From an uncultured Chitinophagales bacterium (GTDB lineage Bacteria > Bacteroidota > Bacteroidia > Chitinophagales > S012-47): a stretch of 64,000 nucleotides of DNA. The stretch covers positions 1,221 to 65,220 of the forward strand of contig CAYYHM010000007.1 of the NCBI GenBank assembly GCA_964471795.1, read 5' to 3'. Below, piece after piece: positions 19,001 to 25,846 of the stretch. Position 1 is the first letter of the stretch. Each line of letters starts with the position of its first letter. The translations under genes were made by a program, and so were the position numbers. The notes under the pieces were generated by a model that saw nothing but the letters and a program-made list of their open reading frames with translations, was not told where the DNA came from and did no database searches.

Positions 19001-21766
19001 GGAGAAGGGCGCTACTATGATGTGTACCTGACGGAGAACTCAAACCTGAATGGTGCCATCATCCGCGTAAATGGTCAGATTCTGGGGTACAACTCCGTAT
19101 CAACGGTATTCATCAACCCCGGACAACCGGTGTATGCCTACCTGATGCTCGACAGGAACCCATACTTCTACGATTATGAGGACATAGGCATCGGACTGCG
19201 CTCCAGCTGTGATCTCTATGTGTATGACGTGGCTACCTTCAGTGTACACTTCCGCCATCCTTGTTCGGATATCTCCATCAGCCAACCGTATGACAACTGG
19301 CTGATCAATGGCGATACCACATTGATGCCTGTGTACCTGACAGACTATGATCCATACAATCCGAAGCTGCAGAATGTGCAGCTGGTTTACCGTCGTATCG
19401 GCACGCCTGCGTGGGATACCATCGTAAGCCTGACCGCCGACTCCTTGCGGAACTATTTCGTTCGGTTCAGGCCTACCTATCCGGTGCCTACCTATCCGCA
19501 TGTGTGGGACATCTCTACGATTCCTGACCTGACGGACGGCGATTATGAGCTGATGGCCATTGCCAACTGTGCCACCAGTGGTGTGGTAACGTCGAATCGG
19601 GTACGAGGAACCATAGACCGCAGCACCTTCCGCTTGTTTGGTGTACCGCAGCCATCGGATGGATTGCTGAGTACAGGTGATGAGATATCGGTAAGCTTCA
19701 ACAAAGCCATCGACTGTCCGGTAAGTCAGGGTACAGCCGTGTACGAGTTCCGTGCTGATAGTGCCAATGGCCCGTTGGTGAATGCCTCGATGGCCTGCTT
19801 CGGCAACAAGATGGTGTTTTTGCTGGATAATCCGTTGTTGTATGAAGGCCGTATGGTCTATGCTACATTGAACGGCGTGTACGATGCAAGTGGCAACCTG
19901 CAGGCCGAAGAAGTAGCGTGGTCGTTCCGTGTGAGCAACAACCCGGTATATTGGCAGCCGATGCGCATAGAGGTGAGTGTGGAGAAAGGCACGCGTGGCC
20001 AGGTAACTGCTATGTTGCGCAATACAGGTGCCGGCAAGGACAATTACCAGCTGAGCTATACACAGGCATGGATGCGACCTTCGCCAATGGTGGGTCAGGT
20101 ACTTCCGGCAGGCATACCGGTAATGTTAGATCTGGATGCCACCAACCTGGAAGTAGGTACGTACAACGATGTAGTACGCGCAGCCATAGCCGGCTACACT
20201 ACCATCGATCTGCCGGTGACGATGCACGTCATCAAGCCATTGCCGGCGTGGAACGTAGATCCGGCTCAGTACCAGCATAGCCTCAACGTCATCGCCATCA
20301 ACTACATCGACTCGGTAGCTACTACCGATACCAACGATGTGATTACGGCCTGGGTGAATGGCACTCTGCGTGGTGTGGGCAAGATCCGTGAGGTGGCAGG
20401 GCCGCTGTACCGCAGCTATCTGACGGTTTACGGTAATGCCATCGATGCCGGTGCTATCATTGACTTCCGGGTATGGGATGCCAGCCGTGGCGCATTGTTC
20501 CAGGGTCATCCGGATAACGTGATGACTTTCGAGATCGATAACACCATCTATGGATCCACACCATCGCCTGAGAAGATCTGGGTGGACACAGACGTGGACT
20601 CATTCCGTATGATTCCGTTGAATCAGGGCTGGACATGGTTCTCCATCAACATTACTCAGCCGGATATGAGTGTGAACAACATCCTGCGTTCCATTTCTCC
20701 TGCCAATGGCGACATCATTATGGGCCAGGCGAAGAGTGCGGAATACCAGGTAGGTGTTGGCTGGACTACGTTGACCGGTTCGCCGGCCAACACGCTGCTG
20801 GATACCATCAGGCCTGTAGAAGGGTACATGATTCATCTGGCACAAGCAGACACCTTGTTGCTGACGGGCGAAGATGCACTGAACCAGCTGATTCCTGGCT
20901 TCAGCGGCTGGAACCTGATTGGTTACCTGCCGCAGGAAGCCCGTCCAATCAATGACGCATTCCTGACTACGGTAAGCTTTGCCGATGGTGATGTGCTGAA
21001 GAGCCAGACTGACTTTGCCATCTACAATGATGTAGATGCGGTGTGGGAAGGCAGTCTAACGGAGATGTCGCCCTATCAGGCCTACAAGCTGAAGTTGGGC
21101 AGTAACACAGGTGTGTACTACCGTGGTACGGGCCCGGCGGGCTGGAAGGTAGAGCCGTCGGCTTATGAGCATGCCATGCGTATGATGGCGGTGGTAAACG
21201 TGTTCGGCTTCGAGTTCAGGGATGAGGAGAGCATGGTAGCCGCCTTTATCAACGGAGAATGCCGCGGTGTTACCAAGCTGGTGTATGTGCCGCATCTGAA
21301 TCGCTATCTGGCGCCACTGTTCGTGTACAGCAACGAAGTAGGCGAAGAGGTGACATTCAAGATTTGGGACGGTATCATTGATACGCTATATGATGCTTCA
21401 CAGCGTATTGCGTTTAACCCGCAGGCACTACCCGGACGGATGCGGACGCCTTTTGTGGTGTCGCCACAAGGCACCAGTACAGGTACGGATGCAGGCATAG
21501 AGCCGGTACAACAGGCATTCAGTCTGCAGCCGAATCCATTCACCGAGCAGATGGTGCTGGAGATCACCGAGGAGATGGGCGACGACTACGAGGTAGTGAT
21601 GTACAACGCGATTGGCGAAGTAGTGTATCACCTAGATGCCAGCACCGTGAAAGGCAACAACCGCTTTGTGGTGAAGCCGCACAGAAAGTTGGATGCCGGC
21701 TTGTACATGGTGGTGATCCGCAATGGAGAACAGATGGTACAGCAGTTCAAGGTGGTGAAATTGTAA
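7064..21766 (+). CDS. Giant (4900 aa) T9SS-secreted mosaic cell-surface protein: FG-GAP/integrin-like propellers, LamG, Fn3 array, CarboxypepD_reg-like sandwiches, a long uncharacterised C-terminal region and a T9SS sorting domain
   Basis: Uninterrupted 14.7-kb ORF with signal peptide MKRILTLIVTLFSAISCIYAQ. Domain motifs are listed in the sub-features below. Every antisense ORF inside it is much shorter. Confidence 0.93.
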   Translation: MKRILTLIVTLFSAISCIYAQSYAPVLVESTPVPGGVRLTWTPVSSSSASGYHIYRNDVLIGVTDEVIDNEFTDRNPIAGAVVTYCVTSYQGSTESPYRNCIIDSSFYYGAFLASDSASDARIELTWSIDAGCLTVPGTDSIYLEVKNATTNEDVFVQILQADSVPTASEAVVSVALSGGNHLLLDAAYTGGSLTSTFLTGIGRAIAIDGNRAVIGAPLADGGLGKAHVYERVGNEWVETAQLVPATRSITDNYGESVDIYGGKIIVGAPGGNGIAYVFELSGGVWSETGQLTADFQQVNDDFAKSVVIDTQFALVGAPAKYGAQGVIFLYMKSGSTWNRIGRIFSRFPAPGQRFGYSLDFDGSMLAVGCPGNSAGRGSAYLFQKLGFSFIYRAALNPGTLVVNDRFGESISVQGGRAVVGAPGSNGNKGRVYVFHQQNAFNWPLAATLAPAELQAGDRFGEGVAHYGDLLSGGAPTRAADNGAVYFYRYSSSWQANGKAVRPAGSAGDGYGLAMDMWTDGLLVGAPYEQGGQSAVYKYFHNGNIWNGTGTIGGIKGPSNTLELWVLRNGPQVGNGALISDDFVSFNMTSPTLDRVNFSTGAVVYHFNYQVPMNRWTHLALVSDSSTGRSRLYANGALVDEKPNFFLYGVERAGFQPGQTPPNQLQAQIRDIRYWSDARTGQEIADNFDQVLTGMEPDLTGYWKVSEGAGNTAADATGHYPPAVYQTGSPAPWVIDSIAPIISGTATEWVGADKVMAYTLNTYSIGFGTPLCPPTKLDTGSTLPYKVPAIVVDSSRPDQMTLSWVNTSEAISYYRVVRDGLSLGLLDSTALNWTDSYRYGVTNTLTNGQPYRYCLVPFSTWFLTNGQPTVYDSICVRGNTLPIAFMAADNTAPASVDLTWNDMSAFGDWIEIYRDGSFFAQLDSQAVAYTDANPVPGKRHVYEFRLLNDGDIVVAATDTGSILPVGVLAGRVITQSGDYALAGVAIEATAIVEGDTMRYQTVTGLAGDFHMDQVYFGTTSSYSVTATAQAGYNITTPAQNVVLKISDPERTNLVFKGDKDIQPTGTQALALTNFQATDLPGQDMIQLSWTYSSPDTTWFKVYRDDALLTILTDTASGTLTSYNDLTGEPGTNYQYEIQAYVYDNDSVVTEVSAGDDASLSLLSAVDTFDASVVVGDGTVLLTWSHSSTNFDGFVLYRDGDVLDTISAAAAYSFVDEQGIPGRNYTYRIRTFASRNDSTHYSAYTDGVPSPVTYPGLLPPAVVDATAVAAQDHVVITWTYPVTGNANFFGFEVYRTASGNTDTLTLYHKDFYTGILGGFYQYQYIDYTGIPGLNYEYGVASIKQMPYFASTVNSDTEVYPAVSEVSGLSASTTYTDHVELTWAAGSTNHQGYEVWRNGNKVAALGKSARSYTDAVNTASSARSFAYTIKAIRDIDGAMYTSTGVAATGSTLALPNDGLQIPLNFVASDQYTNHVQLSWQYPPYVLSKFFIYKDGQLIDSLDNSLRFYFDTAVAPGDVHTYAIEGRWMGDISARASDAGRLGSLLQVEGMAQSDEGYGIPGVRVALSVGGIETDAAYTDATGFYRMQGVANVPGTTVTVTASGPNAAFLQPTQQITISAGTDRYVVNFTDTFYHRLILPDSDVATPVPFLASIDRLTNQVELRWNVTNPNYSGFRIFRGLAQAANVPAGQPLNYLDPFASPGFDYYYSIFAYYYKPTGTVHSDTIHTGIFVPKVPPVEGLQALPDFDEDVVKLYWSHPTDKHTYYEIQRNGSVIATVPAGERLFFADTTGKPGYLYRYTVTCYLVNSAGFFNSDPVVVETNFPDVAPITELALTPVPADNRVDVNWRHTSAYYTYALVYRDNVVIDTVYRNMPLKQSLDYWGRPGMATRYAVQSVVQKDNTYFFSDTVGLSVVYPTLYTPVLDGDVAGVDRLTLQGSYLPADGYSGFEFYRDNDQLPGSPRSGIAASFTFEDNDGVPDSSYTYKVRAFKDVDVTYYSPYATRTVAFPPLAPPFACAASDGAYFNHIEITWQHSSTANDGFILYRDNAAIDTLPAGARKYKDIVNSSSNSGVNPVYFLRAYKVDNGNWYVSVPSNSDDGYALIQQFSILSSYTDSVAGAHLGLNVAIGADFALGGTGTSTQVAKTYDLDVTGNFSPGADLTPDAASGTSTAFGYDVAIAGTRALVGSPWSWNASPSSLFYRSGEVYVYNKPIGQNVSLDTILRNFNFLPTIFRSEHRLGTPINMQRVESNAWSTFVVNDVTTSVGPADTSIGTGSGLTSFGNQLFFDVTNDVVLNQVTVYPQDTGVVSVTIRPASGGPIYSQNFNVQPIAAYAATVLTLNAAIPPGTGYKIDAQGSNNIGALYRNNGGVSYPYTEPEGVVSITGSSAGGSFYYYFYDWQVTVKDTVGTRVHELATSYTVDTFSATFAVNLPTNHTYGTDIQLDTVWVRMSKNGWTQGTRVTLENVTLEKVGTGFTKTLFSTNTSISCPQDSIDIALVSTGGSGLVSANCSNSVTGVFTSASNFAASGITTNGNYRLTFRARLHDPVDTVANALTGQVIVDEVKLSYSTLAGGIYANAQSTGAEMGRAVALNASMIAGGGPIFNTQRGLVTTFIQRGDWEPLDTLFAPTTAAPFCSYTVSVNGNGYMDETQWTLRDNTNTVIASGGPYIFGGGGSVTVNTANAPLTFYIETQGTFNDNVASFSIVSNGIVIRSGTIFGGQTRTENNINGTCAGAQFGYSLAMGPNRMIVGMPREVNPADNFGSKGAVYYYELGSDGNWVQRQKIAIQQPGPSDDQFGFSLALSGNTLAVGAKGDDWDANASFWDAGSVSLYEFNVSANEYQFQRKIFNPDNPRKTFEFFGNDIAIQGNLMAIGAPGVNKLGSGSVTNAGAVYLYEKDENGNWLLKQRYFADDAQSGGRFGSSVAISGNTLMIGSDGYDAGSAADAGKVYFIYFRDQIDSVVASDGTEGTKTRIEWVYNGVRSNLNNFNIYRDGVLIAAANPNESFVFDYDGIPGKKYVYQVAPVSLDKVVGVTKGDEGWREENGILDGIVLTFDGQVGVPGINIEAWAMVEGERFSYSTITDQEGKFKIKRMYYSDSTRYFVRAWKPGHEFKKDTMDTEFNLQQFQRTVDPFYDLTAYVVTGVAKYENTDCPIDSMDVTQFKILNDGTVFKETRQTNSEGSYTFNIEPFNTDINRYEYHIAGERYRVSDSNLLDTVYYHWSDKVKVLNNPASVGKTTVLSDFVDTTTYQVQLFVQNVCGPIGQNSWQVQVQSTDGCYNQLVSTNLNGFRNLYLPPKDYVFRVVGVASPSAQTLPVVDYLKVRPRSLDLIALHESLNGAVSDTLVPMNFVFHVTPNIGITNLTDFLCDDPTLPVVVSTGDVKTYNVVVGETFDGITCPVNEGFLIIRNNASVEGTVQIDYDPATGSFPPYTFTVGSPNIVSPYVKFMFVEYHTESDGFLGSYAVAFLIQGVAGVPGNDIIVTPASENDQVLLPLMILRDPPGDGSFAQIDSGTTFESTLSVQDEYKFGLGLGIEVKTKVFGSGIQLDIAGKVTGGFDRNTQFKVTATTSKTIQTSSDSQADAADQSSRFTGDRADVIVGSGLALQYGIGVEVSVDDTCGVIVANRITTGAEVRTTWIYAVDQIRHLVNEYNRNIENARNGTYTIDTLSAQATEEFLALRRDNWNQILNYHSVKTLPHYAFCDPANFAQIPEPWKSAAVAWRTEGFCTLIGSYSPDGQTFNMNEDIVWDANLIERYNKVRQQVGDIEDYLNYKGQVIYVESLLDQVQLDQAYLSLYGPDAKNITFSGGTSFSEERAITRERGSSFKQKVGGGASIAGQTIAAGKVVTFVGAWVGFGGGAMGGTVLELTEFGVSLKPSFEFEINYEQTQGSTNGLQQKVSYTLSDDDPGDQYSVTIVRGAQANHTPYFSLLGGRTSCPTEPGAISRDMPDIQLMGPGGMPVSPVTFNADPDKPFIIPIQLANLNPFGEGRYYDVYLTENSNLNGAIIRVNGQILGYNSVSTVFINPGQPVYAYLMLDRNPYFYDYEDIGIGLRSSCDLYVYDVATFSVHFRHPCSDISISQPYDNWLINGDTTLMPVYLTDYDPYNPKLQNVQLVYRRIGTPAWDTIVSLTADSLRNYFVRFRPTYPVPTYPHVWDISTIPDLTDGDYELMAIANCATSGVVTSNRVRGTIDRSTFRLFGVPQPSDGLLSTGDEISVSFNKAIDCPVSQGTAVYEFRADSANGPLVNASMACFGNKMVFLLDNPLLYEGRMVYATLNGVYDASGNLQAEEVAWSFRVSNNPVYWQPMRIEVSVEKGTRGQVTAMLRNTGAGKDNYQLSYTQAWMRPSPMVGQVLPAGIPVMLDLDATNLEVGTYNDVVRAAIAGYTTIDLPVTMHVIKPLPAWNVDPAQYQHSLNVIAINYIDSVATTDTNDVITAWVNGTLRGVGKIREVAGPLYRSYLTVYGNAIDAGAIIDFRVWDASRGALFQGHPDNVMTFEIDNTIYGSTPSPEKIWVDTDVDSFRMIPLNQGWTWFSINITQPDMSVNNILRSISPANGDIIMGQAKSAEYQVGVGWTTLTGSPANTLLDTIRPVEGYMIHLAQADTLLLTGEDALNQLIPGFSGWNLIGYLPQEARPINDAFLTTVSFADGDVLKSQTDFAIYNDVDAVWEGSLTEMSPYQAYKLKLGSNTGVYYRGTGPAGWKVEPSAYEHAMRMMAVVNVFGFEFRDEESMVAAFINGECRGVTKLVYVPHLNRYLAPLFVYSNEVGEEVTFKIWDGIIDTLYDASQRIAFNPQALPGRMRTPFVVSPQGTSTGTDAGIEPVQQAFSLQPNPFTEQMVLEITEEMGDDYEVVMYNAIGEVVYHLDASTVKGNNRFVVKPHRKLDAGLYMVVIRNGEQMVQQFKVVKL
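7670..8700 (+). other. Domain: seven FG-GAP (integrin-alpha-like) blades
   Basis: There are seven units of the type (F/Y)GxSVxIxGxxxxVGAPxxxxxGxAYVF. Examples are GESVDIYGGKIIVGAPGGNGIAYVF, FGYSLDFDGSMLAVGCPGNSAGRGSAYLF and FGESISVQGGRAVVGAPGSNGNKGRVYVF. Confidence 0.75.
8740..9200 (+). other. Domain: LamG / concanavalin-A-like lectin fold
   Basis: WTHLALVSDSSTGRSRLYANGALVDE and IRDIRYWSDARTGQEI are typical of Laminin_G_3-type domains. Confidence 0.6.
9430..13240 (+). repeat. Array of a dozen or more Fn3-like modules interspersed with CarboxypepD_reg-like beta-sandwiches
   Basis: Recurrent (L/I)(T/S)W...(G/N)(Y/F)x(V/I)YR(D/N)(G/D)...Y.Y.(V/I) units, about 85-95 aa each. Examples are LTWNDMSAFGDWIEIYRDG, LSWTYSSPDTTWFKVYRDD and LTWSHSSTNFDGFVLYRDG. 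Two segments look CarboxypepD_reg-like: AGRVITQSGDYALAGVAIEA... and GIPGVRVALSVGG...TGFYRM. Confidence 0.7.
15250..15910 (+). other. Domain: second block of FG-GAP blades
   Basis: FGYSLAMGPNRMIVGMP...GAVYYYE, FGFSLALSGNTLAVGAKGDD...GSVSLYEF, FGNDIAIQGNLMAIGAPG...GAVYLYE and FGSSVAISGNTLMIGSDG...GKVYFIYF. Isolated blades occur earlier at about 13330-13700 and 14800-14880. Confidence 0.7.
21518..21763 (+). other. Domain: T9SS (Por) C-terminal sorting domain of the giant protein
   Basis: FSLQPNPFTEQMVLEITEE...YNAIGEVVY...GLYMVVIRNGEQMVQQFKVVKL matches the usual type-A CTD pattern. Confidence 0.85.
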
Positions 21767-21820
21767 CCACCGCTGCTACCTGATAACTGATAAAGGGCTG
21801 CCGAAAGGCGGCCCTTTTTT
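21738..21820. repeat. 83-bp direct repeat, copy 1 (last 9 codons and stop of the giant gene, plus its terminator)
   Basis: Aligns without gaps to 25847-25929 at a constant offset of 4109 nt. 80 of 83 positions are identical; the mismatches are at 21772, 21791 and 21813. Confidence 0.95.
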
Positions 21821-21821
21821 T
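21792..21821 (+). terminator. Rho-independent terminator of the giant gene
   Basis: Hairpin AAAGGGCTGCC-GAAA-GGCGGCCCTTT followed by a T7 run. Confidence 0.8.
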
Positions 21822-21898
21822 GCAGATTAGCGAATAACTCATAACAAAAAAACAACATTCAGATATTGCATATTTAAAATTGGGTTTGTATACTTGTT

Positions 21899-24451
21899 TT
21901 GTTCTTCACCAAACACACCACTCATGAAGCTCAATACACCTTACCTTACCTTACCTTACTTGCTATCCTACAGTGCAGTAGCCAACTCTTGGCACAAAGC
22001 CATGCATTTGTTCCAAACAAAGGGCAATTGATAGATATGCAAGGAGACAGTGTGCCGGAATACAAGTACTACATGCAAGCGGGGCCAAATAGTACCTTTT
22101 TTACATCCAACGGGTATGATGTGGTGTACAGAAGACCAGATACAAGTGGTATTGCAGCAGACTCCATCATCCGCATCAACATGCATTTTGGGCAAACAGA
22201 TGCCTACCCCGATTTTGTACCCGGGGATTCATCAAGCTACGTATTGAACTATTACCTTCCGCAGGCAGATACCAACCTGAGTACAGGACTAAGGAGATAC
22301 AGCAGTATAACCGCAGAGAATATCTATCCAGGCATTAGCGTCACCTACATGGATAAGAATCCGGGTATTGGCATTCAGTTTACCATAGATACCTCCCAAC
22401 AGCCGGAGGTAATTGAGCTGGTATTTACGGGACAAGACAGCGTGCGGCTTGATACGGTTAGCGGCATATTGCGTATTGATACAAAGCTAGATCCTCTGTT
22501 ATACACCTTACCGGTAGCATGGCAGCAAAGTGGCTTGGTAGACGTAACGTATGATGTTGACAGCATTAATGTGGTTCGATTTGCAGTAGGCTCCTACAGG
22601 CTAGATGAAGAACTATACATAGAGATAGGTCAGGTAGAAGCCCTTACCGACCAGTGTGAAGGCAACCTGGCTTGGAGCACGTATTTGGGAGGGGAGAGTA
22701 CAAACGATTTGGTGCATGACATAATTATTGAACCAGGCTCCGGTAGTACAGATAAGTTGTTTGTAGGAGGAGAGCTCGGTAGCCCCAGCATACCCAATTA
22801 CACGGCTACGGGTAGTGTGTTGGCGTATGTGGGAGTGGTTGATGGCTTTGTAGCGGCATTTGACGTACAGGAAGGTGCAAATGGACTTGAGCATACCATG
22901 AAATGGTTGACGTACTATGGCAGCGGTGGAGTAGATCGTGTAAAGGCGGTGGAGTATGGCCGTTCATCTAGTTTTATGTATGCCTCAGGCGAGGTAGCAG
23001 GTAGTAACCTGCCCCTGCGCAAACCCAATAATGATGTGTATTGGAACGTACAGAACAACAGACGGCTATTTGTGGCAAGATTTGTGAAAAGTACTGGAAA
23101 ACTGAACTGGGGCACCTATTTTGGTGGTAATGATGCTGATGAAATCCATGATATGGAAATGAACCAGGCCAATGAAATATACATAGTAGGAAGAACAGAA
23201 AGTGTGAATTTTCCATTGCTTGACTTGAGTGATGGTAGTTATTACAAGGGCATACCTAAAACACCGGGAATTGCTTTTGTATCCATATTTGATAATGACC
23301 AAGGATTGCTACACAGCACCTGTTTTGGCACCTCTGAGACGGCGATACATGCTATAGCATTAAACTATGAAGGATCATTTTCATCATCTGTGTACATAAC
23401 AGGTGAAACCAATGCAGGTAATACCAGCGATTTTCTGGTAAAAGAAGTAAGTACAGGATTTGATAATGTAACCAATAGTTATGGTGGAGGAAATCTGGAT
23501 GCATTCATTACCAAGTTTCAACCCACTACAACGGCTAAGTTTCCCTTATCATGGTCATCCTACATAGGTGGAAGTGATGCGGACGCAGGCCTTACCATAG
23601 CTATTGCTTCAGAAGACGTGTATGTGGGAGGCTACACGGGTTCAGGAGATTTTCCGATTGAAGAAGATACATCGTCAGGCGCATTCAACCAAACTGCCAA
23701 ATACAATCAGGCTGATGGTTTCATTGGCCGCTTTACCAAACAGGGTGAGCAGCTGTGGACTACTTATTTTGGCAGCGATGGAATAGATGAAATCAGAACT
23801 ATTCTGGCACATCCACAACATGAAGATATTTACTTTATAGGTCATCAGATAAGCCCTACCGGCCCACGTGATATCAGTATAGCCAGTTTATCAAATGCAT
23901 GGAATCAACCCACCCCGTCCAGCATCAATAAGGAAGTATTCATAGGTTGGTTGATGCCGGACAACCGATTGAATTGGTCTTCCTACTTTGGTGGAGACAA
24001 TGATGATGAAGCCTACTCAGGCACCAGAAAAGCACAGGACTATTTTGTGATTGGAGGGATAACAAAGACCTCCCAGGATCCGCGCTCTTCTAGTGTTTTT
24101 CCACTTTGCAATCCACTGGATTATTATAGTGTAGTTCAAGTTCAAAATAATCTTAATGTTGAATATGGATTCTTGTCCAACTTTGAAGTGCGGGGGCTGA
24201 CTACAAATGTGGAAATTTTTGGTGACCAAATGGAAATCAAAGTTTTCCCTACCATAGCTGATGATTGGATTTGTATTGAGATGCTGGTAGACAACCTTAC
24301 AGACTATAGCTATATGCTATTGAATACAATTGGTCAACATGTTTTGGTAGGTGCCATTCATAACAGCTATCAACTGGTAGATGTAAGCAGTCTTCCTAAT
24401 GGCGTGTATTTGTTGTCCATAAGAAGCCTAGCTGGTGTTGAATCAACGTAG
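21899..24451 (+). CDS. T9SS cargo protein with SBBP-type beta-propeller repeats
   Basis: 850 aa. Repeated W(S/G/T)(T/S)Y(L/F/I)GG...D motifs: WSTYLGGESTND, WGTYFGGNDADE, WSSYIGGSDADA, WTTYFGSDGIDE and WSSYFGGDNDDE, with G.T.S.(D/N)FP-like segments. The C-terminal CTD is IKVFPTIADD...LPNGVYLLSIRS. The TTG start is uncertain. Low GC. Confidence 0.8.
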   Translation: MFFTKHTTHEAQYTLPYLTLLAILQCSSQLLAQSHAFVPNKGQLIDMQGDSVPEYKYYMQAGPNSTFFTSNGYDVVYRRPDTSGIAADSIIRINMHFGQTDAYPDFVPGDSSSYVLNYYLPQADTNLSTGLRRYSSITAENIYPGISVTYMDKNPGIGIQFTIDTSQQPEVIELVFTGQDSVRLDTVSGILRIDTKLDPLLYTLPVAWQQSGLVDVTYDVDSINVVRFAVGSYRLDEELYIEIGQVEALTDQCEGNLAWSTYLGGESTNDLVHDIIIEPGSGSTDKLFVGGELGSPSIPNYTATGSVLAYVGVVDGFVAAFDVQEGANGLEHTMKWLTYYGSGGVDRVKAVEYGRSSSFMYASGEVAGSNLPLRKPNNDVYWNVQNNRRLFVARFVKSTGKLNWGTYFGGNDADEIHDMEMNQANEIYIVGRTESVNFPLLDLSDGSYYKGIPKTPGIAFVSIFDNDQGLLHSTCFGTSETAIHAIALNYEGSFSSSVYITGETNAGNTSDFLVKEVSTGFDNVTNSYGGGNLDAFITKFQPTTTAKFPLSWSSYIGGSDADAGLTIAIASEDVYVGGYTGSGDFPIEEDTSSGAFNQTAKYNQADGFIGRFTKQGEQLWTTYFGSDGIDEIRTILAHPQHEDIYFIGHQISPTGPRDISIASLSNAWNQPTPSSINKEVFIGWLMPDNRLNWSSYFGGDNDDEAYSGTRKAQDYFVIGGITKTSQDPRSSSVFPLCNPLDYYSVVQVQNNLNVEYGFLSNFEVRGLTTNVEIFGDQMEIKVFPTIADDWICIEMLVDNLTDYSYMLLNTIGQHVLVGAIHNSYQLVDVSSLPNGVYLLSIRSLAGVEST

Positions 24452-24473
24452 AAGATTATCAAACAATAAGGTT

Positions 24474-25844
24474 ATGTTGGTAAAATATGTAATGAGCTTA
24501 CTAGCCTTATCTATTCTGTTGGCTGGTCAAGGAAGTGCGCAGTGGGTGGAACATTCACGCCTAATAAATCTGAATCAAAGACCTGACATTGCAATCAGCA
24601 TTTCTTTTATAACTAAAGATACGCTCGTACTAACTGAAACTCATAATGAAATTCTTACTTCTTATGATGGAGGTAAAACATGGAATTCGCGGATAATTGG
24701 AAGTAGTTTATTGTCTCAGTTATGCCGTGCTGTGTACTACGATCCTAGGCAAAAGCGCATCTGGGTAGGGTGTGAGAATGACCAACTGTGGATATCAGAT
24801 GATTTTGGCCGATCGTGGACGGATGTATGGCCCTTTTCCCTGACCAGCGTATTCAACTCCCTCTATTCATTCGATAAGGACCTGGTATTTTTTTCTGACC
24901 TGCATTCCGGATTCGGGTTCTATTCAGTAAGTGATGAAAATATATCCTGGGTAAATGATCGAATTATTCGACCAGATGGTGGTACTATGGGGTTTTTTAA
25001 TGCATATCAGGTTGATTTTGTCAATGACAGTGTAGGGTATCTGGTGCATGATAAAAAACACTCTAACGCACCCCCAAATATTTACAGAACAGAGGACGGT
25101 GGCTACACATGGCGGTTTGTAACAGGCAACGATCCGGCAGGAGTGAATGATAAGAATATTTACATCATACAGTTCATTACCGAAGAGATTGGCTATGGAG
25201 TAAGCAAGGGGTGGAGCAATCTGTACAAAACAGTAGATGGTGGCAAAACCTGGAACGAGGTTTTGGATGCACACGGGCAAATTGCAAGAAGTAGGTTTCT
25301 TACCCCTAATAACTTAAAGTGCTTTGATTTTGTAAATGAGGAGTTTGGGATGGTTGTAACTGACAATAATATATACCGAACATGTGATGGAGCGCAAACA
25401 TGGGAAATTGTCAACCCTGAAATAAAACATTATATAGCCATATTTGATGGGATAGACTGTTATGATGAAAGCAATTGTGTTGTTTTTGGATATGGCAAGC
25501 ATAATTCTACCGATATAGGCTATAACGCTATATGGCGCACAGAGAATGGTGGTGGCCCCGGTATCCCGCTATCGGTAGAGTCTGCACCTGCTGTACCACA
25601 GCTGGCAGCCAGAATACAGCCGGTACCTACGGGGGGTGATAGTCAGCTGCTACTATCTGCTATGGCACACAAGGAGGTAGAGGTGCGAGTAATGGATATT
25701 GCCGGCAAACTCGTTTATGATACCACACTGCAAGGCGTACACCAACATACCTTACCAAGTGCTGCCTGGGCCAGCGGTATGTACCTGGTACATGTAATTC
25801 CTGCCGGCCAGCCGGCACAGGTACTCAAAATGGTGCGGCAATAA
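24474..25844 (+). CDS. T9SS cargo protein with BNR/Asp-box repeats (sialidase/Ycf48-like beta-propeller)
   Basis: Asp-boxes SYDGGKTW, SDDFGRSW, TEDGGYTW, TVDGGKTW and TCDGAQTW. CTD ARIQPVPTGGDSQLLL...GMYLVHVIPAGQPAQVLKMVRQ. I prefer ATG 24474 (signal peptide MLVKYVMSLLALSILLAGQGSAQ) over the track start 24435, which overlaps the upstream gene. Confidence 0.8.
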   Translation: MLVKYVMSLLALSILLAGQGSAQWVEHSRLINLNQRPDIAISISFITKDTLVLTETHNEILTSYDGGKTWNSRIIGSSLLSQLCRAVYYDPRQKRIWVGCENDQLWISDDFGRSWTDVWPFSLTSVFNSLYSFDKDLVFFSDLHSGFGFYSVSDENISWVNDRIIRPDGGTMGFFNAYQVDFVNDSVGYLVHDKKHSNAPPNIYRTEDGGYTWRFVTGNDPAGVNDKNIYIIQFITEEIGYGVSKGWSNLYKTVDGGKTWNEVLDAHGQIARSRFLTPNNLKCFDFVNEEFGMVVTDNNIYRTCDGAQTWEIVNPEIKHYIAIFDGIDCYDESNCVVFGYGKHNSTDIGYNAIWRTENGGGPGIPLSVESAPAVPQLAARIQPVPTGGDSQLLLSAMAHKEVEVRVMDIAGKLVYDTTLQGVHQHTLPSAAWASGMYLVHVIPAGQPAQVLKMVRQ

Positions 25845-25846
25845 CA

